In this document: positions 56,898-64,000 of the stretch, piece after piece
How the letters are laid out: each line of letters opens with the position of its first letter
How positions within the stretch are numbered: position 1 is the first letter of the stretch
Virus record (IMG/VR): IMGVR_UViG_3300036802_000112
Span: 64,001 to 128,000 of that record
Strand: one strand, 5' to 3'
DNA from: a virus
Taxonomy: Duplodnaviria > Caudoviricetes
DNA length: 64,000 nt
Notes under the pieces: generated by a model
Seen by the model: only the letters and a program-made list of their open reading frames with translations
What the model was told of the DNA's origin: nothing
The model's database searches: none
Program-made: the position numbers and the translations under genes

Positions 56898-57867
56898 TGA
56901 AATCGTAACAGCTGGACATTACAGCGAAAAGTATTTTAAACGTCCGAACAACAAAAAGAATAGTCCAAATGATTGTCACAAAACGAATGAAGAATTAAAG
57001 TTCATGTGCGATACCGCTTTCGATGCACATATTTCTGCGTTCTTCGGTATAGAAGGTGGGCTTGAAGCATTGACAGATGACAGTGTAGAGTTAACACAAG
57101 CGGCTCAACAAGAAGTTAAGAGTCAAGTCATGCAGGAAAAAGAGTTAAAAACAACAGATGACGCTTTCCACCAAAAGAAATTCGAAAGAGGTAAGGCTAC
57201 TATTACACGAGAATATATCGAGGAAAAGTATGCAGAAGAAAAGGAGAAGATAGCACGAGGTGAATCTATTTCGAATTCAACAGATTTCGTTGTAGAAGAA
57301 CCTAAATCTCCTTATCCTGATGGTTCTCCTTGGAACAGAGATAAACAATCTGGCCCAAGAACTCAAAGTTACTTCGGAGGGAAAGAAAAAGGAATCAACG
57401 GCGAGCGTGTGTATTATAACGATAGAGAAAGAAAAGATACAACTAGCCGTTCAACATCTTCTTATCAAACAGGATCAACAACTAAGGATAGAAGAAAGTT
57501 AGATTCTGTATATGATCATATGGGGCGCATTGCAGATAACACACAAAACGTAGCGATGAAAACGAAACGTTGGAAAGACTACGAAAAAGAAGAAGCAAGA
57601 AACAACACTTCTTGGTCATCAGGAAATGGCAAGCAATCATTATTAGGGCGCATTAAACGTTTCGTACGTAAGCCAAAGTTTAGAGTAACAGCAAAAGTCG
57701 GTATGCTAATGACTCTACAACTCGGAATGGCAATGGTAGGTAAGAAGTACGAATTTGAAGGAATGGGACAAGCTGCTGCATTCCTAGCAATGATGATGGG
57801 AGTATTCTACTTAACAAAAGAATTACAGAACGATGATTTCGATGTTAAGAGTTTCGGAATCTTATAG
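56890..57867 (+). CDS. Membrane protein with two C-terminal TM helices
   Basis: Hydrophilic N-terminus; hydrophobic hairpin near the C-terminus. Confidence 0.65.
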   Translation: MSNEIVTAGHYSEKYFKRPNNKKNSPNDCHKTNEELKFMCDTAFDAHISAFFGIEGGLEALTDDSVELTQAAQQEVKSQVMQEKELKTTDDAFHQKKFERGKATITREYIEEKYAEEKEKIARGESISNSTDFVVEEPKSPYPDGSPWNRDKQSGPRTQSYFGGKEKGINGERVYYNDRERKDTTSRSTSSYQTGSTTKDRRKLDSVYDHMGRIADNTQNVAMKTKRWKDYEKEEARNNTSWSSGNGKQSLLGRIKRFVRKPKFRVTAKVGMLMTLQLGMAMVGKKYEFEGMGQAAAFLAMMMGVFYLTKELQNDDFDVKSFGIL

Positions 57868-57868
57868 G

Positions 57869-57897
57869 TTGCAATACCGACCTCCTTATTATATAAT
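57869..57897 (+). promoter_or_regulatory. Near-consensus sigma-A promoter with an anti-SD sequence in its spacer
   Basis: TTGCAA-17 nt-TATAAT; spacer contains CGACCTCCTTA, complementary to TAAGGAGGTCG at 57910-57920. Confidence 0.7.
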
Positions 57898-57926
57898 AGC
57901 CCCATAAGGTAAGGAGGTCGTTGAAC

Positions 57927-58085
57927 ATGAAGGAAGTAGCAAAGAAGGCATTAAAGGAAGTAGCAGTACAAGTTGTAATATTGGTGTGTCAAAAAGCAAT
58001 TGAAGTAGCTGGAAATATACATACAAATAAAACAACAACAGAAGTACCGACACGAGCGTTACCAACACAATCAAAAATTAACTGA
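57927..58085 (+). CDS. Unannotated 52-aa peptide (MKEVAKKALKEVAVQVVILVCQKAIEVAG...)
   Basis: AAGGAGG RBS, own promoter, open frame to TGA 58083-58085; below the ORF-track cutoff. Confidence 0.65.
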   Translation: MKEVAKKALKEVAVQVVILVCQKAIEVAGNIHTNKTTTEVPTRALPTQSKIN

Positions 58086-58122
58086 TTGTGTTTTCATAAC
58101 ATAAATGAACGAAAAAATAGGC

Positions 58123-58165
58123 AAAGATTATGAGTTCCCTTCGGGGAGCTCATAATCTTTCTTTT
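58123..58165 (+). terminator. Intrinsic terminator with UUCG loop
   Basis: AAAGATTATGAGTTCCC-TTCG-GGGAGCTCATAATCTTT. Confidence 0.8.
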
Positions 58166-58186
58166 GCATAAGAGGGTGGATTATAT

Positions 58187-60184
58187 ATGAGACTGGATTT
58201 AAAGAATAACGAACTTGTCTTCTCGTACATAGAAAAGAATAAGTTAGCGTTATTCCTAGCAGCTTTAGAGAATGGAAAGGGTTTAAAGTACAGAAACTAC
58301 AAAGGAACGATTTACATTCCGTTGAGACACTTTGACGTAGCAAGACAAGTATTAAAAGAGTTTAAAAACGAATTAACTTTCACGCTTAGATACGAAAAGT
58401 TTGCTAGCTTATTCGTATTGAACAAAGATGTTATTAAGATAAAATGGTACCCTTGTGAATGTATCATTACAGGGAGAGTGCCATTTGATTTAATCATTCC
58501 GAATACATCTTACTTTAACAAAGCCGCTTTGCAATCTAAAGCGTACGAGAAGGGGCAATGGGACGGGTTAACGCACATGTTTGATACAATGACAGGTAAG
58601 TTCCCTTCTGGTCTTTTAGAAAGAATTGTGACAGGTCTGAATGAACGCGGTATGCAGTATGATATTGAGAGAATGTTTAATTACCCTGCACCTGAATTAA
58701 CACTGCGTCCTAAATTCGAATTCACGCCTTCTGACGACCAAATAAAAGCGGTTGATGCGTTAGACAGAAGTAACAACGGAATCGCAAAATGCCCAACTGG
58801 ATTCGGTAAAACATCTTACGTAGCAGCTAAGTTAATCAGCCAAAAGGGTGTTAAATCATTATTCTTAGCGAACCAACGTGTACTTATCAATGATGCAAAA
58901 GACGATTTCAAAAAGGTCTTTGCTGATTGTGATATTAAAATCGGAACAATTGGTGACGGTGAGTTTGATCCAGGTGATATTACAGTAGCATCTATCCAAG
59001 GTGTAATTGCAGCACTAACTCCACCATCCCAATTAGAGAAAGATAAGATAGCAAAAGAGTTAATGTTTGCTGAACAACAAGATGACCAACGAACGGTAAA
59101 ACGATTAAAGACAAGAATGAAGAAATTACTAGAAAGAGAAGAAAAATCTCGTTTAATTAAACCATTCCTAGAAGAGGTAGAGTTATTCGTTGTCGATGAA
59201 GGACAAGCGTTAGGCACAGATATGTGGAATAAGTTTTTAAAAGCATGTCCTGCACCTTATCGCTATACATTGTCAGCAACCCCTATCCGTACGGACGGTG
59301 GCGCTTTAGCTATTATAGGAGCAACTGGTGAGCGTAGATTTGAATCTTCTGCTGATGAACAAATTCAAAAAGGAAGACTTTCAGAGTTTAGAAGTTACTT
59401 CCGTAAGTTTGATCATAAAGTTTCTAAAGATGTACAGAAAACATTAACGATGGATTACCACCAAGCATACGAACTATTCATCGTTAACAACAAACCACGA
59501 AACGAATACCTATGTAGTCTTGTGGTTGATTTAGCAAAACAAGGATTCAGTGTGTTAGCCCTTGTTACACGAAAAGCTCATGCTGCAATCATACAACAGA
59601 CACTGTTAGAAATGGGTATGCCTGAGGGAACATTCGCATATGTAGATGGAGATACAGGGAAGAAGAAAAGGAAAACAGCAATCGAAGATTTCCGAGCAAG
59701 TAAGTTCCCTATATTAATCGGTACATCTATTTTCGACGTAGGATTCAATGCTAAGAACGCATCTAAAATTGTCAGATTTAACGGTGGTGGCTCAGAGGTA
59801 CGTGAACCACAAAGGGCAGGACGTACTGTTCGTATGCGTGATGATGGAAGTATAGGGGAAAGTTTCGACTTACTAGACATCAATGTTCCTTTCTTTGAAA
59901 CACAATCTTACAAACGAATTAAAATATTAAAAGAAGAGTTTGGTAATCATCGTGTAGAAGTTATGAGAGATTTACCAATCGAAGGCGAACTAGATATCGT
60001 TGCATTACAAGAGTTCGCAACAAAAGTATCTGAAACAGATGAGCAACGAGGCAAAGAAATCTTAGAACAATTAACGTTTATCAATACAGAATTCGAAGCA
60101 CCGGATGAATTTAGTGAATTAAAAGATGCCTTTGCGGATAGAGATCTACAAGGTATGCTTGCTCAATTAGAATTTAAAGGATAA
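58187..60184 (+). CDS. Superfamily 2 helicase (UvsW/XPB-like)
   Basis: CPTGFGKT, VVDEGQ, LSAT, GFNA, QRAGRTVR motifs. Confidence 0.85.
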   Translation: MRLDLKNNELVFSYIEKNKLALFLAALENGKGLKYRNYKGTIYIPLRHFDVARQVLKEFKNELTFTLRYEKFASLFVLNKDVIKIKWYPCECIITGRVPFDLIIPNTSYFNKAALQSKAYEKGQWDGLTHMFDTMTGKFPSGLLERIVTGLNERGMQYDIERMFNYPAPELTLRPKFEFTPSDDQIKAVDALDRSNNGIAKCPTGFGKTSYVAAKLISQKGVKSLFLANQRVLINDAKDDFKKVFADCDIKIGTIGDGEFDPGDITVASIQGVIAALTPPSQLEKDKIAKELMFAEQQDDQRTVKRLKTRMKKLLEREEKSRLIKPFLEEVELFVVDEGQALGTDMWNKFLKACPAPYRYTLSATPIRTDGGALAIIGATGERRFESSADEQIQKGRLSEFRSYFRKFDHKVSKDVQKTLTMDYHQAYELFIVNNKPRNEYLCSLVVDLAKQGFSVLALVTRKAHAAIIQQTLLEMGMPEGTFAYVDGDTGKKKRKTAIEDFRASKFPILIGTSIFDVGFNAKNASKIVRFNGGGSEVREPQRAGRTVRMRDDGSIGESFDLLDINVPFFETQSYKRIKILKEEFGNHRVEVMRDLPIEGELDIVALQEFATKVSETDEQRGKEILEQLTFINTEFEAPDEFSELKDAFADRDLQGMLAQLEFKG

Positions 60185-60196
60185 GGAGAATGCACA

Positions 60197-60643
60197 GTGA
60201 AAAACACAAAGGTTATTTCAGGATTCCCGGGAGTAGGTAAGACAGTATTATCGAACAAAGAGGGCTTAGTTATCTTAGATTCAGATAGTAGTAATTTTTC
60301 TTGGATTGAAAAAGGAGTAAGAAATCCACACTTCCCTCTAAATTACATGCGACATATCGAAGCAAACTTAGGTGTGGCTGATTACATCTTCGTATCTTCT
60401 CATGATAATGTTCGAAAAGCATTAGAAGACCGCGAGATTGAATACACATTGGTATATCCAAGAATGGATTTAAAAGAGGAATACATTGAACGATATCGAA
60501 ACAGAGGGAATGAAGCAGCATTTATTAACTTCATCGATTCTAAATGGGATGAGTTTATTTCGAACATCGAAAAAGAAACATTCCCTAAACTAGTTGAATT
60601 AACAAATGGAGAATACCTTTCTGACGTTTTAGATACAATATAA
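60197..60643 (+). CDS. P-loop NTPase / nucleotide-kinase-like phage protein
   Basis: ISGFPGVGKT followed by LDSDSS. Confidence 0.7.
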   Translation: MKNTKVISGFPGVGKTVLSNKEGLVILDSDSSNFSWIEKGVRNPHFPLNYMRHIEANLGVADYIFVSSHDNVRKALEDREIEYTLVYPRMDLKEEYIERYRNRGNEAAFINFIDSKWDEFISNIEKETFPKLVELTNGEYLSDVLDTI

Positions 60644-60670
60644 AAAGAGTGCCCTCGGGCACTCTTTTTA
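60641..60670. terminator. Bidirectional terminator
   Basis: TAAAAAGAGTGCCC / GGGCACTCTTTTTA between convergent genes. Confidence 0.85.
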
Positions 60671-60931
60671 TTGTTTGTTTGAAGTTTGCTTAATAACTTG
60701 ATGACCAAGTACAGAAGCACCGCAAACCAAAATACCTTGGATAACAGCTTGAACAGTGAAGCCCATTAATCCTAATGATCCAGCGATACCTAGAACAATT
60801 AGAATCCAAGGAATAATCCAATCAGCAACTTTAGCAGATTGTTTTAAGAAGAAACCAACAACCCATAAAGCGGGAATTAAGATAAGTGCTTCGTCTACGA
60901 TAAATTGTGAAACCATTTCCATTCCATCCAT
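60668..60931 (-). CDS. Holin (Firmicutes three-TM type)
   Basis: LILIPALWVVGFFLK...DWIIPWILIVLG...AVIQGILVCGASV pattern; GGGAGG RBS. Confidence 0.8.
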   Translation of the reverse strand: MDGMEMVSQFIVDEALILIPALWVVGFFLKQSAKVADWIIPWILIVLGIAGSLGLMGFTVQAVIQGILVCGASVLGHQVIKQTSNKQ

Positions 60932-60965
60932 AATCAAAAACCTCCCTTTTCTTTTGGTATGGTTA

Positions 60966-60977
60966 TATTTTACCACG
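60966..60977 (-). promoter_or_regulatory. Extended -10-like late promoter element CGTGGTAAAATA
   Basis: Same 12-mer as at 27202-27213. Confidence 0.45.
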
Positions 60978-60997
60978 AGAAAAAGGAGGTTGCCTAT

Positions 60998-61876
60998 TTA
61001 TTCTTTTGCACTTTGTAAGCCGCCATCTTTATTGATAGTCAACTTGAAGGTAGAACCATCAGAAGCTTGCATCCGAATATAGTCCACGCCCACTTCTGTT
61101 GTTTTCGATGTTGCGATTGAACCTTTATCATCTATCCCAATTAAATAGTTACCATTAGGAGAATTTAGAATTTTAGGTTTCATATCAATACCAGTTACAT
61201 CTTTCGCAAGAGAAGTTACAATTTCACCCTTATTGTTAATTTCGACAAGGTATGCTTGTTTACCAGGAGAAGTAACACCCCAGTTCGTTTTATTAACAAG
61301 AGTTGACCAAAGGGCACCATCATCATCTACAGTGATTTCGAATGACGGACCATCTTCAGTAGTAGGTAAAACCCAAGGGCCTGTTTCTGTTTGGTATGTC
61401 GAATCCGTCCAAATACGTCCATCATCATCTACAGATAAACCAAAGCGTTTCAACTGCGGACTCTTCAATATTACAGTAAATGTAGAAGGCGCAAAGCTTG
61501 TTACTGAAGTGCTTAAAATGCCATCTTGGTCTATAAAAATTTCATAATTAATACCGCTTGGAGAGCGTAAAATAAGTTTATCTTTGTAACTTTGTACGAC
61601 TCCAATATCCTCACTAACCACTTGTCCTCTATCTGTAATCGTTAATTCGAAGATGGTTCCGTTAGGAGAAATTAAAACAGGTTTACCATTTTGTAATCCA
61701 CTTGCATCTCGGAATTGACCATCAACGTAAAATCTTGTTTGTCGTGTTGCAGGAGAATACCACATGACACCTTCACGAACACCCGTTACTGGTTCGGTAT
61801 TACTTTTTAAAATTCGAAGATGGCTGCCTGATGACAAACCATGACTACGTAAAATATCTTCCACACTAAAAGACAT
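60998..61876 (-). CDS. Tail-fibre-associated beta-repeat protein
   Basis: About seven copies of L-x-S-P-x-G-x-x-[FY]-x-[LI]-x-[IV]-x-D-x-G. Confidence 0.55.
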   Translation of the reverse strand: MSFSVEDILRSHGLSSGSHLRILKSNTEPVTGVREGVMWYSPATRQTRFYVDGQFRDASGLQNGKPVLISPNGTIFELTITDRGQVVSEDIGVVQSYKDKLILRSPSGINYEIFIDQDGILSTSVTSFAPSTFTVILKSPQLKRFGLSVDDDGRIWTDSTYQTETGPWVLPTTEDGPSFEITVDDDGALWSTLVNKTNWGVTSPGKQAYLVEINNKGEIVTSLAKDVTGIDMKPKILNSPNGNYLIGIDDKGSIATSKTTEVGVDYIRMQASDGSTFKLTINKDGGLQSAKE

Positions 61877-61894
61877 AAAATTTCAACTCCTTTC

Positions 61895-62587
61895 CTATTT
61901 CGTCGGTCCTTCTGGAACTGTACTAGCTTGTATTAATTGGTCCACTTTATCACTTAGTGTTTTAAGTAATGTTTTATCTGTTGCAGTCATAAATCCTGCT
62001 TTATTAACAGTGGCATAAGAAGAACGGTGAACCGAACCTGATAACTTTACTTCACCTGCTATGTCAACAATACCCCCAACATACACATCACCATGTATCG
62101 TAGCATTACCTTCAACCTTCAATTCTTTCAAACCGTTATTCAAAGGTTTTAAGTGTTCTTCTAGTAACATACGATTAGTAGAAGGAGCGAAAACATAACC
62201 TAATAATGTGTGTGTTTCTTCCGGTTTTACAGGAGCAGCTTCTCCTGTTTCCGCATTACCCGAAACTACAATGTAACTCACAACGTCATTACCGTGTATA
62301 TGAACAGCATATATTGAATCGATACGGTCATTTGTCGCATGATCATTAGGATGAATGTAAATTTCATTCATTTTATCCTCATCTTCAATCATAATACCAC
62401 CATGAGTAACAAGTAGATTCTTCTCATCTGTACCCTTAATCAAACTCACATAACCACTTTTATCACTGACGCCAAATCGGAAGCCCTTCATAATAGAACC
62501 TCCGAAAAAATCAGCGAAGCGATGGTTAAAATCACGAGAAACTAAGTCTGCTTTATATGGGAAACTTATTTTTGCAGTAGACGTCAT
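61895..62587 (-). CDS. Tail/baseplate protein, paralog of the upstream gene
   Basis: NHRFADFFGGSIMKGFR...RIDSIY...HTLLGYV; KAGFMTATDK fibre motif. Confidence 0.55.
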   Translation of the reverse strand: MTSTAKISFPYKADLVSRDFNHRFADFFGGSIMKGFRFGVSDKSGYVSLIKGTDEKNLLVTHGGIMIEDEDKMNEIYIHPNDHATNDRIDSIYAVHIHGNDVVSYIVVSGNAETGEAAPVKPEETHTLLGYVFAPSTNRMLLEEHLKPLNNGLKELKVEGNATIHGDVYVGGIVDIAGEVKLSGSVHRSSYATVNKAGFMTATDKTLLKTLSDKVDQLIQASTVPEGPTK

Positions 62588-63420
62588 AGGTCATCACCAC
62601 TGTCTAGGTTAGTGATTTTCTTAGCGAACACCCCGCCATAATCGTCGTATTGAAGTTCCCATTGCATAGTAGATTTAACTCGTTTTCCTGTCGGATCAAA
62701 GTACTTAGCTTCAAGATACTTGTATCGTTTCTCTCCACCTGTTGTATATTCTGGATTTAGTAACCTCGTTTCCATGTGTACAATTTCTTCTGGTGTTGTG
62801 TAGCCTACGTTTGTATAGACACCGATATCTTTATCGTAATCAGAACCAACGATATTTAACTTACCATCTAATGTACCGCCCTGGAATGATACCATTTCGT
62901 TAAATACAACAGGACCATTAAATTCAGCAGTGCCATTAAATTGAGCATGACCAGCTACGTTTAATTTGCTAAATCCGTAAGGTGTAGACTTGATATCTTC
63001 TTCTAAAATATAGTCCGCTCTCTGGCGAATTTTCACATGACCTAATAATAAATGAGTTTTAGGATTAGGGTTAGCAGGTGGAACGTGGGTACCAGTAACA
63101 ATAACGTATCGTGCATTAGATGTTTCACCAAAGATATACTCTAAATAAACTGCATCAATACGTTCTCTCGGGTTATTTTTATTCGATGTAATATTTAGAA
63201 CATCGATTAAATCTTCTGTTTCAGTAACTTTAGCACCAGAAGGAGTTACTGCGGCACTACTCGTAAACTTATCACGAATCAGGTTAAGTGATAGTTTTGT
63301 AGAACCTCTTTTAACACGGAAACCTCTTATGATAGAGGGCCCAGTTATATCTAAATAGCGTTGATTGACAACATCTGACTCAGCTTTTGCTCTATAACGA
63401 ATATCGATATATTGTGTCAT
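62584..63420 (-). CDS. Tail/baseplate protein
   Basis: NQRYLDITGPSIIRGFR...RIDAVY...HLLLGHV. Confidence 0.55.
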   Translation of the reverse strand: MTQYIDIRYRAKAESDVVNQRYLDITGPSIIRGFRVKRGSTKLSLNLIRDKFTSSAAVTPSGAKVTETEDLIDVLNITSNKNNPRERIDAVYLEYIFGETSNARYVIVTGTHVPPANPNPKTHLLLGHVKIRQRADYILEEDIKSTPYGFSKLNVAGHAQFNGTAEFNGPVVFNEMVSFQGGTLDGKLNIVGSDYDKDIGVYTNVGYTTPEEIVHMETRLLNPEYTTGGEKRYKYLEAKYFDPTGKRVKSTMQWELQYDDYGGVFAKKITNLDSGDDL

Positions 63421-63433
63421 GTACGACTCCCCC

Positions 63434-64000
63434 TTAGATTACTGTGCCAACAGGGAAAGGTTCCTCTGTCGCTTGATTGAAGTTAAAGCGCCAAATAATT
63501 TCAATTCCAGTTCCTTTATCAACTGTTAAACGAACTGTAGGGAAAGTAATTCGAGCAAACATCATAAGTTTGTTCGTTACATCTTCTTCGAACATCATTG
63601 CAGCTTCGTTTACATCGTCATTGATTTCGTCACAAATTAATGTTTCTCTGTACTCTAATTCAGTACGAGATAACTTTTTAGGCGTTGATAATACTTTGTC
63701 TTTCAAAAAGATACCGATATCGATGTCACTATCTTGCACCGGGATAGCATCTAGTGGATCACCTTTAGGGAATTTTAATGCGCCACCTTGTCCATAGCGG
63801 ATATATTTAAGATGCATCTTTTTAGCACCACTTAAAATATCCAGTAAACCTTCTCGTCCTTGCATAACAATTAAATTGTTTTTCTTAAAATCATCAAAGT
63901 ATTGCTTCTCCCCGTCTACCATCTTAAACTGACGGATACATACCGAACCAACTGCTCGGAAACTTTCTTTTCGAGTTAGAACAGAACCTACTTTTTCTGT
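63434..64000 (-). CDS. Tail-collar/baseplate protein (5' end beyond the window)
   Basis: NLIVMQGR...YGQGG...NEAAM...MFARITFPTV pattern; frame stays open to position 64000. Confidence 0.6.
   Translation of the reverse strand, partial: TEKVGSVLTRKESFRAVGSVCIRQFKMVDGEKQYFDDFKKNNLIVMQGREGLLDILSGAKKMHLKYIRYGQGGALKFPKGDPLDAIPVQDSDIDIGIFLKDKVLSTPKKLSRTELEYRETLICDEINDDVNEAAMMFEEDVTNKLMMFARITFPTVRLTVDKGTGIEIIWRFNFNQATEEPFPVGTVI

Noticed and set aside
11381-60184. Inteins or introns in RNAP, terminase, primase or helicases
   Set aside because: Conserved motifs are contiguous; no C...HN splice junctions or homing-endonuclease motifs were noticed.
1-64000. tRNA or rRNA genes
   Set aside because: Intergenic spaces are short, and no cloverleaf with a T-loop consensus or rRNA-like sequence was seen by eye; a tRNAscan run would confirm.

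Overview
AT-rich, gene-dense segment of a large tailed-phage genome. A Bacillus-like Firmicutes host is inferred from strong AGGAGG ribosome-binding sites, sigma-A-like promoters and a Firmicutes-type holin. There are four blocks. (1) 1-10.7 kb, + strand, DNA metabolism: probable SSB, RuvC-like resolvase, DinG helicase, HU-like and clamp-like proteins. (2) 10.7-35.6 kb, - strand, head/packaging operon: terminase, portal, many Gly-zipper/acidic proteins with a recurring (E)K-x-A motif, two stand-alone WYL proteins, a divergent sigma70-family factor, and a single 2244-aa bacterial-type RNA polymerase with beta fused to beta-prime. (3) 35.7-60.6 kb, + strand: SbcD, DnaJ, SbcC split over three genes, primase-helicase, SF2 helicase, A-rich membrane-protein cassettes, and a tandem array of 14 divergent acidic paralogs that all end in (E/S/P)VW-stop, bracketed by two sliding-clamp-like genes. 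(4) 60.7-64 kb, - strand: holin and tail/baseplate genes. Best candidates for undescribed biology: a possibly virion-packaged fused RNAP plus sigma acting on an 18-bp promoter (TTGTTATAAGTAAAGTGA, 5 copies); the EVW paralog array; a K-x-A head-protease code; a structured RNA behind the RNAP gene; and a promoter-dependent anti-Shine-Dalgarno switch on an unannotated 52-aa ORF. All family assignments come from visual motif recognition; no database searches were run.
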